Origin: Octopus sinensis
Taxonomy: Eukaryota
Direction of reading: 5' to 3'
DNA length: 64,000 nucleotides
Assembly: GCF_006345805.1 (NCBI RefSeq)
Contig: NC_042999.1
Span: 81,778,001-81,842,000 of the forward strand
The position numbers were made by a program, and so were the translations under genes. The notes below the pieces were generated by a model that was given only the letters and a program-made list of their open reading frames with translations, did no database searches and was not told where the DNA came from. Positions 39,775 through 52,674 of the stretch are shown here, in pieces (the stretch's first letter is position 1; each line of letters begins with the position of its first letter).

Positions 39775-40660
39775 CGTGGTCTGATCAATAAGCATTAAAA
39801 CTGGTGCTATAGTAACGAAGCTAAAGCACGCAGAGTAAAGCTGCTGGGTACAAATTTTTGAAGCGCTGTCATTGGAAACTTGTATTCAAAATATAGTCCA
39901 TCTTCTCAGAAAAGAAAATCCAGAACAATGATTGGAATTTTGCAGGTGGTACTTCAAAAGATGTGTACAAGGTTCACATTTTCTATCCAAGATTTTTATT
40001 TACTGATGAAGCTATATTTAAATTAAATGCCTCAGCTTCAATAAGTGCATCTGCTTGCGACTTTAGAATCAGTATATTACGGAAGAGCATGCTTAATATT
40101 ATGTTAAATTCCCCGTAGTTACAGTATGAGACGGCCCATCATCCAAATGATTAATTGAAGCTTTTTTTTTTTGACAGTACTGTAACTGACACCATTTAAT
40201 TTGACCTGCTACAACAAACATTGAGATACATTTGAAGATATGGAATTTATTTTTGGCAAAATGAGCCTCCCCAACCCTACCATAATATTGTAAGGGCCTA
40301 CTTTCCTGAGGTTTTACAACACAAAGGAATTAGATGTAGTCGTTCAGAAGAAATTCTTGCGCATTCACCAGACCGCACATAAGAATTTTATGAGATTACT
40401 TGAAAGATAAGTTTACGCTACAAAGGCAACAGCAGTCTATGAATTTAGGGAAGACGTTGAACGATAGTAGGCAGAAATACCGAACAAAATAGGCTTTCAT
40501 GTTTCCAACTCCATTGCTTCGTTTTATGTGCAGAGCACCGTGACCATAAAAGTAATTAATTTCAAAATAAGTGTTCATAAAAATATAAAATTCTATTTAT
40601 AGATTCTATTAAATTTTGAAAATAAAATGTATTTCAATACATACGGATTTTATAATCACC
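39775..40660 (+). mobile_element. Degenerate Tc1/mariner-superfamily remnants
   Basis: TIR-like TACGTGGTCTGATCAATAAG; decayed FLFTDEA, FWQNEPP and HSPD...YLKDKVY motifs. Confidence 0.5.
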
Positions 40661-40706
40661 CAGGTTGTGTAAACTGACTTGAGATATCTTGTGTATATGT
40701 TTGTGA

Positions 40707-40751
<45 letters not shown>

Positions 40752-40755
<4 letters not shown>

Positions 40756-40869
40756 CCTGCTCGCTTAACCAGCGGGTGGCGTCATTCGAAGGCTAAAACA
40801 ATGCGAACGCATTGTGACCAGCGATGTGCAACTACATCTGATGGACTGGTCGCTCACGTGATCACGTGA
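40752..40869 (+). repeat. Short structured element in (TA)n
   Basis: Three consecutive hairpins plus TCACGTGATCACGTGA, bounded by (TA)n. Confidence 0.5.
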
Positions 40870-41184
40870 TATATATATATATATATAAATACACACACAC
40901 ATATATATATATATATGCACGAGTGTATGTGTGTACGCGTGTGTGGATGTAGTTATGTGAGTGTGTATGTACATGTGTAGACCTGTTATGTAGTATATTT
41001 GAGTGTAAAGAATTACTTGAAGCACACAACATGCTACACAACGTTGCTACAGCACGAAACGAACAGTAGATCATTTTATATCCTGTGTATATTATGTGAT
41101 ATTTATCTCTCACTGTGTGGCTTGAAAGAGTACATTTTTGTTTGTTGATCCCAACAGCAACAGCAAAATATATGAATACATATG

Positions 41185-41185
41185 C

Positions 41186-41283
<98 letters not shown>

Positions 41284-41590
41284 ATGTATACGTATATATA
41301 TATATATAGATAGATATAGATATATATAGATATATATATATATGCATGTATGTATGTATGTATGTATGTAGGTAGGTTGGTAGGTAGGTAGGTAGGTAGG
41401 TAGGTAGGTAGGTAGGTAGGTAGGTAGGTAGGTGGGTAGGTAGGTAGGAAGGTTGACAGATAGAGAGACAGAGAGATAGGCAGGCAGGACAAACCAGCAG
41501 ATAGACAGATAGAGATAGAGATAGCGAGAGATACAGATAGCGAGAGATAGAGATAGCGAGAGATAGAGACAGAGACAGAGAGAGGCAGAG
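41185..41590. repeat. Compound (CTAT)n/(TA)n/(GTAG)n/(GAGATA)n microsatellites
   Basis: Direct reading. Confidence 0.9.
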
Positions 41591-42983
41591 ACAAATAGAA
41601 AGATTTATTGTAGATTAATTACCGTTATTAAGATGACATATCTTTAAACACCTTTCCTAATGAAGGTACTGTTTCTCTATTGCTATGGCTGAATAGTGCA
41701 AAACTTGCTTTTTCTAGCTTTTTAACCTACTTGAATAAAAGTGTGTATGTGAACAATATTTGTGAAGGCTAATGGATGTAAAACTGATTGTTTCCATGAT
41801 ATTGTCAATAACATTTGGGATGCATTTAAGCCAAAATCCTCCTAATTAAACAAAACGATTAGGAATAAATGTCAATTTGTTATTTTTGATGAGAATAATA
41901 AAGTCTTCATGGCGTTATTTCACTTCATAATTTTGCATTTGATTGGAATATTTTTAAAATAGAAGCCAACGCAATTGGTACTTTACGAACTGAAACTTTT
42001 AGCAACTGTTTCACTAAATGTATTAACATTGTCCTTCCTAACTTCCACACATTATCTTCTGTTCTTTATTATACACAGCTATTATTATACTTATGGGGTG
42101 GTGAAACATCCTAAACCAATATATCTCGGTGAGTTCCAACGAAATATTTAACTTGATCATAAAATAACAGCAGCACTAAATTTTCCTCGTGTTCATATAA
42201 GAATTTGTGACAAACTAATGTATAAGCTGAATAAATTCTCTGGTTTCTATCTCTTTCCTTCAAATAAATAACTACAAAATCATATCAAAGATTAGCGTGC
42301 AACGAATTGACATAAGGTCGGACAGCCAAAGGAACACGGCTGCTGTGATAATTGGGATTTCTCTACGTTTCCTTGTTTTCGCTTCCATTTTTCTTCTTTT
42401 ATGTCTACCTCATTTTTGTATGATCTTTTGCGTGATATACATACATATACACACACCATAAACATATATACATACATATATATGTGTGTACATTTATACA
42501 GACAGACACACACATATGTATACATGTAGAAAATGTATATACTGTAACAATTATAGACACTCAGACATACACACACGATATACATACTTGCATATATGTA
42601 TATGTGTGCATGTGTGTGTGTGGGTGTGTATGTATATTTGTTTTGAATAAGACTTGAAGATCCGTATTTAGAGGCAAGTTGAAGCAATATATGTTTAAAT
42701 AACTTTTGAACACTAAAACCACTGCACTTTGTTGTTAACATCTATGCTTACATATAAATTGCCTATATCAAAATTCATTTGCAGTCAGACTCTGTGCTTT
42801 CATCTGTAAACCTTTGTTGTTATATATAATTTAATATGTCTATCATTAATATATATATACGTATGAACATATGTCTACTTATGTACACATCGTTCGATTT
42901 AGATATAGATATACATCTATCGCTCCGTCTCTCTCTTTCACTGTCTCTGCCTCGCTCTCTCTCTCTGTCTCTCGCTCTATATG

Positions 42984-43027
<44 letters not shown>

Positions 43028-43203
43028 TGACTCTTCAACGTGTTAACATGTACGTCGCGACAATCTAAACTTTCATTAAATAAAGAGTAGCCTGCAGTAT
43101 GCAACTGACTTGGATATTTATCACTTCCGAGTTTCCGCTCACTATGAAACATACGTATCCTGGATCTTATCTACTGCACTCCTTAACACTAGTGTGTGTG
43201 TAT

Positions 43204-43245
<42 letters not shown>

Positions 43246-43249
43246 GTGC

Positions 43250-43286
<37 letters not shown>

Positions 43287-43530
43287 GTCAGTCGCCACAT
43301 CAAATTTGTTGTTTCGTGCTACTAGTCGTTTAACCTCAGGCAGATTCTCCACTAGCTATTTATCTCTGCAGCTATGCGTCCCTTACACGCAATATCACTA
43401 TAATCCTCTAGCAGGTAACATGATCGTGAGACTGACTCAGTTTTATGGCAGAGCGATAGAGTCCGCTAACGCTAAGAATATATTGTAAACAAAGTAACCA
43501 TCGGTCACTGATTTGCAACATTATATTGCA

Positions 43531-43558
43531 TATAAAAGGCGCAGCGTCAGACCAGGTG
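43531..43558 (+). promoter_or_regulatory. TATA-box-like and CTCF/E-box-like motifs
   Basis: TATAAAAGGC at 43531 followed by ACCAGGTGGCG in a unique, GC-richer island; motif match only. Confidence 0.25.
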
Positions 43559-43660
43559 GCGGAGAATCTGCTAGAACAGCCATTTTCATGTGTCGACTGA
43601 CTTTACTTTTCAGTGTAGTCACTACAATATCTCGAGATTTAACAACCAACTATATTGCAA

Positions 43661-43698
<38 letters not shown>

Positions 43699-44608
43699 GT
43701 TTGTATTCCATCGTAAATTGAATGTTTGTATCAAGTCCATTCAGAAGTGCTTGAAATTATTTAAGTCTCTCAATACCTTCGTACCAGAGCATGAAACAGT
43801 CATCTAGATATCTTTCCCAGTTATTTTCTATGTACAAGGAAAATGGCTTTCCGTATTTTCCAGTACCGTACGATAAAGATTGATATCTAGGCACCCCATG
43901 GCTATATAAGCAAAGGAAGGGGCCATTCTCTTGCCCATTACAGTCCCCGATTATTTGTCTATAGAAGGTGCCATTAAATACTGGGGCGGTGAGTTTCGCA
44001 TAGGAGTCCTGCTATTATGGGTCTAGGTCATTAGGAGTAGGTACCTTGCCTATCAGGCAACTTGACCATTAAATATGATTCCGCGAACAATTTACTGTAT
44101 CACACCACTGACGTCTTTCTCTTATATTTCTCCATCCGCGTCTTTTCCTACTCTTACTTCTCCTCCTTCTTCATCATCTCCTTCTTCTCTTACGTTTACT
44201 TCTGGTTTCTCTTCTTCTTCTTCTCTTTCTTATTCTTCTCCCCCAGCTGCTCCGGCTTAAACATGAATTCTCTGTACACATAGAATTATTTCTTCAGATT
44301 TGCTACTTCCTACATACCAAGAATTCATAAAGAAAGAGAGAGGGAGTGAGGCTATGTGAAGACTACGGATATATTTACAAACCAGTTAACTTAATTTTTT
44401 TTTACTCCAATTTGATTCTATTTGTTATTTTAATCTTAGTTGGAGAAGTCTAGATGCCAGAAACCGGTACTAAAATGTACTTTATTATCCTTGCATTCTG
44501 CACTTGTGTTTTTTTTTGTTATACATATCAACTCGTGTGTTACATTTCTACCTTATAAACACACACACATATATATATATATATATACACAATATATACA
44601 TATATATA

Positions 44609-44672
<64 letters not shown>

Positions 44673-46272
44673 TAAAAACGGTAAGATAACAAAAGAAAGT
44701 GAATTTCCACTTCGGCATCTGAAACTCAGAGTTTTATCTTGACTATTGAGTAATGTAACATATTATTTTATATATATATATATATTTATAAATATATACA
44801 TATATAAACATATATACATATACATGCATATATATGCGTGTGTGTGCATGTGCGAGCATAGTATTTTATACATCCTTTTATATTGTAACTTTTTTTCACT
44901 ATTCCAACAACGATTAAATTAACATATAGTCGCTGCTTCTATACTACGTAATGAAATTTGATATCTCCTGATACGCATATTCGCCAATGACTTGGAAATT
45001 GGGTCTAGGTATTTTAGTTATTATCTTTCCCAAAGAGAATCCCCAAATATATATAATTTAAATGAAGGCAGACAGGTCGCAACATTTAATCGTTTATGAC
45101 ATTTCAAAATAGGAAACTGATATACTCACTTTGTTTATACCATATACAAACATAGTTGATTGAGTCACCAGAAGAATATTTAACTGTCTCATAATACATT
45201 TTCCAAATATTGTAAAATTAATTGTGAAATACAGTTATTTCGCATATTTAGTGATAGAAGCGTATTCACATTCATTATAACACGTGTTTATGCATTTTCC
45301 ATAACGTTAATAAAGCATTCGTTTTTGTTTAGCAATTGAACTTCACTGAACATGAATTTTTCTGGGTAGTGAATTGTTGCGACGGATTTCATATATTGGT
45401 TTAATTAATTTATTTACAAAATGCACAAAAGCACTATGAATGTGAAAGATTGAAGTAAATTTAGTCCGGAGGAAGTGCAATACTTTTCTAAGGGCAGAAT
45501 AACGGAAACTAGTAAATGTATTTTCTTAAATAATATTATTTATTCAGTGGTCGAAATTGAATCTCAGTAGTTCATGTAAGTTTCAAAAACATGATTGTTG
45601 AAATATTTAATACTCGTTCATATAATGTCACTATGTTTGAAGATGGCTCTTCATAACGTGATTTCGCAACTGTATTCCCGTTAAGTACTCCTAAGATATT
45701 ACTTCGAAATATATTTTAAGATTTCCTTAAAACTAACGAAATGCAAAGAAATGACCTCGTTTTGGATATCATCTACACGTTTTACTATTTCATATATTTA
45801 CATTTAATGTAAAATCAATAAATAACGTTTCAATAACTCCTATATGTAAAACAAATATTGCTGCCAAAACTAGAATAATTCCATATTGGTTGCACCCTTT
45901 ATGTATGCATGTAAATATAAACATATATGTGTGTCTGCGTATGTGTGTACACACATATATACACACACACGCACAAGTATACATACATACACACACACAT
46001 ATATATATATATATAATATATATATATATATATTATATATATATATCACAATCAAGGAACGGCCATAATAGGCCATTCACCCACTAGAAATAACAGCCAA
46101 AAGCTTCAACCGCAAAATATCATCAATTCCGTAAACCAGGAGAAAATCGGCGGCTTATATTTATTTGCTGCCGATAAATTTGGCGCGAGTGCGATGATTT
46201 GAAAATTTTAGGTCAGATATTGCCGAGGCAGGGACGGAAATGCCTCGTGAAAATATCTGTTCCGACTTGGCT

Positions 46273-46379
46273 ATTTCTTATTGATGATTCTAAAGGCCTA
46301 TGGAAGATTGGCTTGATTTAATTTAATCAGGTTAGTTTACCATTAAACAGTAGATGAAACGGTGCATCGTATAAGAAAT
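46273..46379 (+). ncRNA. Type-I hammerhead ribozyme, copy 1 (C3-to-U variant)
   Basis: ATTTCTTA-TTGATGA-stem II-GAAAC-GGTGCATC-GTA-TAAGAAAT; predicted cut after 46371. Confidence 0.7.
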
Positions 46380-46760
46380 TACAGGGTAAATGTTTTTTAA
46401 TTTTCTCCTGGTTTACGGAATTGATGTTATTTTGCGGTTGAAGCTTTTGGCTGTTATTTCTAGTGGGTGAATGGCCTATTATGGCCGTTCCTTGATTGTG
46501 ATGTTGAACTTAAAAGTGGTCTATGACTATTTAATTTTTTCCCACTAGGCCGCTGGTGGCAAAAAAATTCTACAAAATTTTTTGCCACCCTATATTGATT
46601 AATTATGAATTTTCTGGTTAATTCCGTAATGGAATCGGCGGCTTATATTTATTTGCTGCCGATAAATTTGGCGCGAGTGCGATGATTTGAAAATTTTAGG
46701 TCAGATATTGCCGAGGCAGGGACGGAAATGCCTCGTGAAAATATCTGTTCCGACTTGGCT

Positions 46761-46866
46761 ATTTCTTACTGATGATTCTAAGGCCTATGGAAGATTGGCT
46801 TGATTTAATTTAATCAGGTTAGTTTACCATTAAACAGTAGATGAAACGGTGCATCGTATAAGAAAT
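46761..46866 (+). ncRNA. Type-I hammerhead ribozyme, copy 2 (intact core)
   Basis: 8-bp stem I ATTTCTTA/TAAGAAAT; CTGATGA at 46769-46775; stem II TCTA/TAGA with a branched insert; GAAA at 46843-46846; stem III ACG/CGT; GTA cut site after 46858. Confidence 0.85.
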
Positions 46867-47307
46867 TACAGGGTAAATGTTTTTTAATTTTCTCCTGGTT
46901 TACGGAATTGATGTTATTTTGCGGTTGAAGCTTTTGGCTGTTATTTCTAGTGGGTGAATGGCCTATTATGGCCGTTCCTTGATTGTGATGTTGAACTTAA
47001 AAGTGGTCTATGACTATTTAATTTTTTCCCACTAGGCCGCTGGTGGCAAAAAAATTCTACAAAATTTTTTGCCACCCTATATTGATTAATAATAAATATA
47101 TATATATATATATATATATTTCAATATGCCACCGGGTATGTATCGCTGGCGATTTTCTTTCTCCGTCTCCCCTTCTTTGGACTTCTATATTTCTAATGAA
47201 GAGCTCCGCTAGAAACGTTAAATCCTCTTTCTTTCTTTTCCTAAGTGTCCAGTAACACAGTATTTGTATCACGTGCTCGCGTCGTTGTTTTCCCTCCCTT
47301 GTTCTTG

Positions 47308-47341
<34 letters not shown>

Positions 47342-47767
47342 GGTGGGTGGGTGGGTGGGTGGGGGTGTGCGCGCGTGTGTGTGCGCGTGCGTGTGTGTAT
47401 GTATGTATGTATATATATATATATATTTATGCATAGGTGTATATATATATATTTGTGTCTGGAGAAGGTCATATTGTCATCATGCCTTATCTAACACACT
47501 CACCGATTCGATTTCCACTCATTTACTATTTTTAACTTTTTTCAATATTTCCATTGCTTTTGCAAGCTTGTGAATGGATGTTGAATATCAACGAAGATCT
47601 TGGAAGAAAAATTGCAACTGATAAACGAGTGTAAATCGAACAGTTGAATGTGTTAGATAATAAGGCATTAAGGGAATATGACTCACCACAAACAACAAAA
47701 TTTGATTCAGCCCATGAATTCACATAAACAATCTGGCAAGCGAGATAAAAGGAACGAAGTATATATA

Positions 47768-49392
47768 CAGTTGCGGTCAAAATGTTCAGAACGGCATTGT
47801 TTTTGTCAGAAAAGTAGGTATAAGTTTTTAGCACAGTTGTTTTCTTTTCTATAATTTCCACGGACAATAAACAAAATATCATTAGTTATTGTCTGAGATT
47901 TTGGTGTAATTGGAGAGGATAATAAAAAAGTTTTGGATGATTTAGGGATTTACTGCAAAACCCATGGCGGCCAAAATGATCAGAACGCTTGCTTTTACTC
48001 CGTGTTTTAGTATATTTAACCGGTAAACTCTAATGTTTTGAATTTGTTTACCTGACGGTTCGTTTACTAAATATTAGTAAGAGTATATGCAGTGTACTTT
48101 GTTAATGTAATGCCACTTACTCCGTTACCAATTCGTCAGCAGATTATTTAGCTTCAAAAGAAGGATAATTTAAGTATTGGGTCTATTGCAAAGATTGTTA
48201 ACAAGTGAAAAACTGTTGTTCACGGTATTCTTAAGGTCTACGATGATTGTGGTTCGTGAGGAGCAAGAATGTCTAGAGGTAGGCCAAGAAAAACGACCAG
48301 GAAAGAAGATCGTGCTATGATAAAGTTGGTTAAAAAGGACAGATTTAAAACTGCTGCTGCTGTTTCTCGGGAAATGAGCATTGTACTGAAGAAAACTTTA
48401 TCTCGAAAAACAGTGTCTCGTCGTTTAGTTGAACATGACCTACAAGCAAGAGCACCTGCAGTGAAGCCACTGATCATCTCCAAGAATAAAAAGTGTCGTC
48501 TTATCTTTGCAACCGAACATGTGTGGTGGTCTCAAGAAAAATGGCAAACGGTGCATTTCAGTGATGAATCTAAGTTTATGTTATTTGGCTCAGATGGGAA
48601 AAGGTACATTCGTAGAAAAGTAGGTGAAAAATTGTCGCCTAAATGCCTTAAGACTAGTTTTAAATTCGGTGAAGGAAGTGTCATGGTTTGGAGGATGATA
48701 TCTGGAGATGGTGTGGGCCCTTTAGTGCGATTACATTGAAAGGTAAATGCAGGAGTTTATAAACAACTTGTAAAAGATCATGTCTTGCCTGTGCTGAGAA
48801 ATTCAACTAAGCGATCACCCATATTTATGTAGGACAATGACCGATGTCACAAGGCTAAGGTGGTCATGAACTTTCTCAAGGCTGAAAAGGTTATTGTTAT
48901 GGATTGGCCTGCTCAAAGCCCAGATCTTAATCCTATTGAAAATGTGTGGAATATTCTAGGAGAACGTTCGAAAGCCAGAAATCCTAAAACAACCGAGCAA
49001 TTATGGAATGTCCTTCAGGAAGAATGGAATAAGATTACCCAGCAAGAAATTGAAAATTTATTTTCCTCATGCAGTCGAAGACGTCAAAGTGTGATTGAAG
49101 CTAAAGGGCTTCACACTAAATATTAAATAATTCCAGTATTCTCTGTCATTTTTGATTATTTTATTATTTTTTTCAACCATTCTGATCATTTTGACCGCCA
49201 TGGGTTTTGCAGTAAATCACTAAATCATCCATAAATTTTGTATTATCCTCTCAAATTACACCAAAATCTCAGACAATAATAATTACTATTGTATTTATTG
49301 TCTGTGAAAATTATAAAAAATAAAACAACATTGATAAAAACTTATATCTACTTTTCTGACGAAAACAATTCAGAACATTTTGGCCGCAACTG
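47768..49392 (+). mobile_element. Full-length Tc1 transposon (DD34E) with long IR/DR-type TIRs, inactivated
   Basis: TA-CAGTTGCGG...CCGCAACTG-TA; ~220-bp TIRs, each with an inner copy of the terminal motif. Confidence 0.95.
48110..49126 (+). pseudogene. Tc1 transposase (~339 codons, in-frame stops)
   Basis: GRPRKTT, FSDESKF, DN..H and WPAQSPDLNPIENVW; 34 residues between the second D and the E; a single frame with several stops. Confidence 0.92.
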
Positions 49393-50019
49393 TATAAGCA
49401 ATCCGTCTTTTCGACTACTATCTCCATAATCACTAAATGGGTTTATCCTGTCTCTTCATAAACTCGTCTCAAACATTCAGAATAATTTTCCCATTGTCTT
49501 GGCTTAACAGCGCTCATCGTTTGTTTTTACTGTTTGGTTCTCATTGTTCTGTCATTTACTGTTTTTAATTTTTTATTGTTTTTACTGTTTTGTTCTCACT
49601 GCCCTGTTCTTGTTACCAGTTTCACCCACCGCAAAAAATCGCGAATTTTACTTAATTTGCTTTGCAGAAAGTACTGTTTCAACGAAGCCACATCTTGTCC
49701 TTACCTTCGTTGGCGGAGTAGATAAATCAGGGGTAACTGAAGAAGGGGAATATTCGTTATGTTGTATGTCTCGTTTCTCATCATGTTCAACGTCTTTTAA
49801 TGTCCTGTACCCATATATTTATGTATATATACATATATATGTAGGTATGTACATATATGTATGTATATATGCATATATTTATATATTATTTTTATTATTC
49901 TATGAGTGAACGCCACGCATCCTTTTTCAAGTATGTTTTATCTATATATGTGTGTGGTGGGGTATATGCACACAAAGATGCAGGAGTGGCGGTGTGGTAA
50001 GTAGCTTACCACGCCGGGT

Positions 50020-50645
50020 TCCCTTTTTGGACCGAATAGTGACTGGTGGCGAGAAATGGGTTCTCTAAAAATATGTCAAGTTTGGAAGACAGTCGGTAGA
50101 GAAAGGAGAAACACCAGCACACCAGACTAAAGAAGGTTTTCACCCACATACGAAATTGATATTTGTTTGGTGGGGTATGAAATGTTTAGACCAGTTTCAA
50201 ATTTTAAACCCAATCCAAACGATAACAAAGAAATTCTACTGCGAGCAGCTTGAGCGACTTATGTCAGCGCTAGAGGAAAAACGGCCATGATTTGTTTCAA
50301 GAGGACAGGTGCTTTTCCATCAGGATAATGCTCGGCCACTTACAGCGAGGGTGACATTCCAAAGAGTGGAGCAATTTGAATGGGAAATGTTGCCCCACCC
50401 ACCATATTCTCCGGACATTACCCCATCTGATTATCATTTATTCTGCAGTCTTCAAAATCATTTGGAGGGAAAAAATATGAATTCTGTAGGACAAGTGAAT
50501 TTTGCAAGTCGTCTACTAGTTAGATGAATGTGCATTTTAGAAATCGAAGGAGAGTATATTTTAGATTTAAAAATTATTTTATTTATCTTAGTTTTGAAAT
50601 AGAAAAGATGTTTAAAAAACCGCATCAGTTATGGGATGGCACATA
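50020..50645 (+). mobile_element. Mariner (DD34D) remnant, preceded by a truncated SINE head at ~49980-50010
   Basis: RIVTGGEKW, HQDNARP and HPPYSPDITPSDYHLF. Confidence 0.85.
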
Positions 50646-52674
50646 TATATGCGTATGTGACTGTGCGTGTCTATATCTCTGTGTTATACATAATATATCC
50701 AGACACTTCTTATTATACATTGTAGTAATTTATGTATACCTGTAGAAATTAATGTTCCAGTGTCACACCTGCAGACAGTACTTAGTCTATTTCGGAGCAG
50801 TTATATTTTACAGGCTAATATTGTTCACATCTCATACTATCATAGCTTAGTTGAATTTATGTTTGCATTTTGTTCAAAGAGGGTTTGCAATAAATTTTTA
50901 TATTTATGGAATCACCATTGCGTGAGGGGACATCAAAGATCTGCATTAAAGCATTGAAACCTCTCTCATAAATCCTAAATCTTAGACATATTTGGCGATT
51001 AAGAATTGTTTAGTCCTAGATTGGAAACACTGAACGAATGCTTTTGCCGATTAGATTTATTTTACGAAATATCTGTTTAATCAGTTCGCACCAAAGCTAC
51101 ACAATATCAGTAATTGTGTGTTAGCTCGAAAATTTCATGAAAAAAAAAAAAAACTCAAATCAAACAGAAGAGGGAAATAAATGTTACGCTCTGAAATAAG
51201 AAATTAAGTTCAACAGTGGCAGTTTGAGGAAAAGCAGAAAGGAAACATAAAAGACGTGTCTGTAGAGAAAATATTGCGTTGTTATTATATGGTCCGCATG
51301 GTTGAATGAACGGCGATACTGAAGTCGGCAGAATAAAATGTTGCAACGAAATTTCAAAGGAGTTAATGGGCGAGTGAGTGAATATTGTAGTGGGTCTATT
51401 GATAATGGTATTGTTGAGTGTTTTATTGTGTAAGGGAAAGTCTCATGCTGGGAATATTTTCTTTATGCGTGTGTGTATATGTAAGTGTAACCGTGCGAGT
51501 GTTGAGAGGTACGTACTTCGATGTGTAATGTGGTGTGTATGCATTTCGTGTTTACGTGCAGATATGCGTATCGTTCCAATCATTGTAAATAGGAAGTAAT
51601 GATGTATGAGCATATGCTATGAATGAAATATACAAAAGCGTGCGTTTGTGCGCGTGTATAGTATTATATTTGGCAAACGGCAACGCATGGCTGCTGAGTT
51701 GTGTGTTTACTACTATTTAAGAAAAAAATTTAGTACTAGAATATCCAAATTGTTCTCCAGGCCAGTAGGATGGGTGAGGCAGAAGGTGAAAAATTAGTTG
51801 GTTTCTTTTATGCTCTTTGGAAGTTCATGATGTTTAGTAAAGAATGACACTGCAAACAATAACATAGTGATGACTATGTCCAGAGTATAAATCTCGGAGA
51901 GGAGTTCGGATAATCGGCCTTTGATATGTAAGAAATATAAAAGGTCGTCTGTAAATTGATATGTCCGTTTACGAATGTTTCCTCCAAAATGTATACTGTA
52001 CATTCCGTATTTTTTAAAATTAAAAGTTTATGTATGCTTTTGTGTATGTTTGTGCTTGTCTGCTATGTGTATGGGGTATTCACAGACGTGGGAGGGGTCA
52101 AGAGGTTTTATAAGTAGCAATGCATTAGGATTAGATGCAGGAGAAGTTGAATGGTCCATGAATTTTAGTTAGATGAAGAAATGAATTGTTGATCAGAATA
52201 TCACACCATGTGTCCAACTGAAAGAAGTACATGGTGCATAGAGATGCGATGGAGTAGTATAGTAGCAGGATATTATATATGGAAATTGATTATATTAGCT
52301 CATAAAATATGTCAATTATAAATAAAATAGAACTACAATAGTTTTGGTGTTGGGTTAGATGTGAAACCACAAAGATCTTAGTCTATGGCAAGATTATTCT
52401 GTCCACATTGTGAAAGCTACACATGAAAAACACATCTTATAGCAAGTTGTATAAACTACAAGTGGAATTGAAAGTATGCGCATTTACTATTTATATATTT
52501 ATTCCGACAGAACAGGAACTTGCCAACATATTCTATTCATAACGTCTAGACGTCAACACACAAAAACAATACTACTACGCGCACGCACACACACGCACAC
52601 ATATACACAACATACATATATACACACATACACACACACGCACACACACACACTGCAGTTGAAAGGATCTCGTC

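Larger units (their letters stand above)
46045..47090 (+). mobile_element. Retrozyme-like non-coding tandem element with hammerhead ribozymes and a 5' inverted segment
   Basis: Direct repeats 46145-46603 and 46633-47090 are nearly identical; 46045-46147 is the reverse complement of 46400-46502; no ORF; bounded by (TA)n. Confidence 0.8.

Noticed and set aside
44683-44740. Hammerhead-like layout AAGATAA-CAAAAGA-...-GAAAC-TCAGA-GTT-TTATCTT
   Set aside because: The core reads CAAAAGA instead of CTGANGA, and the left half may be an inverted pseudo-LTR end. Not callable as a ribozyme, although the 3' half is probably ribozyme-derived.
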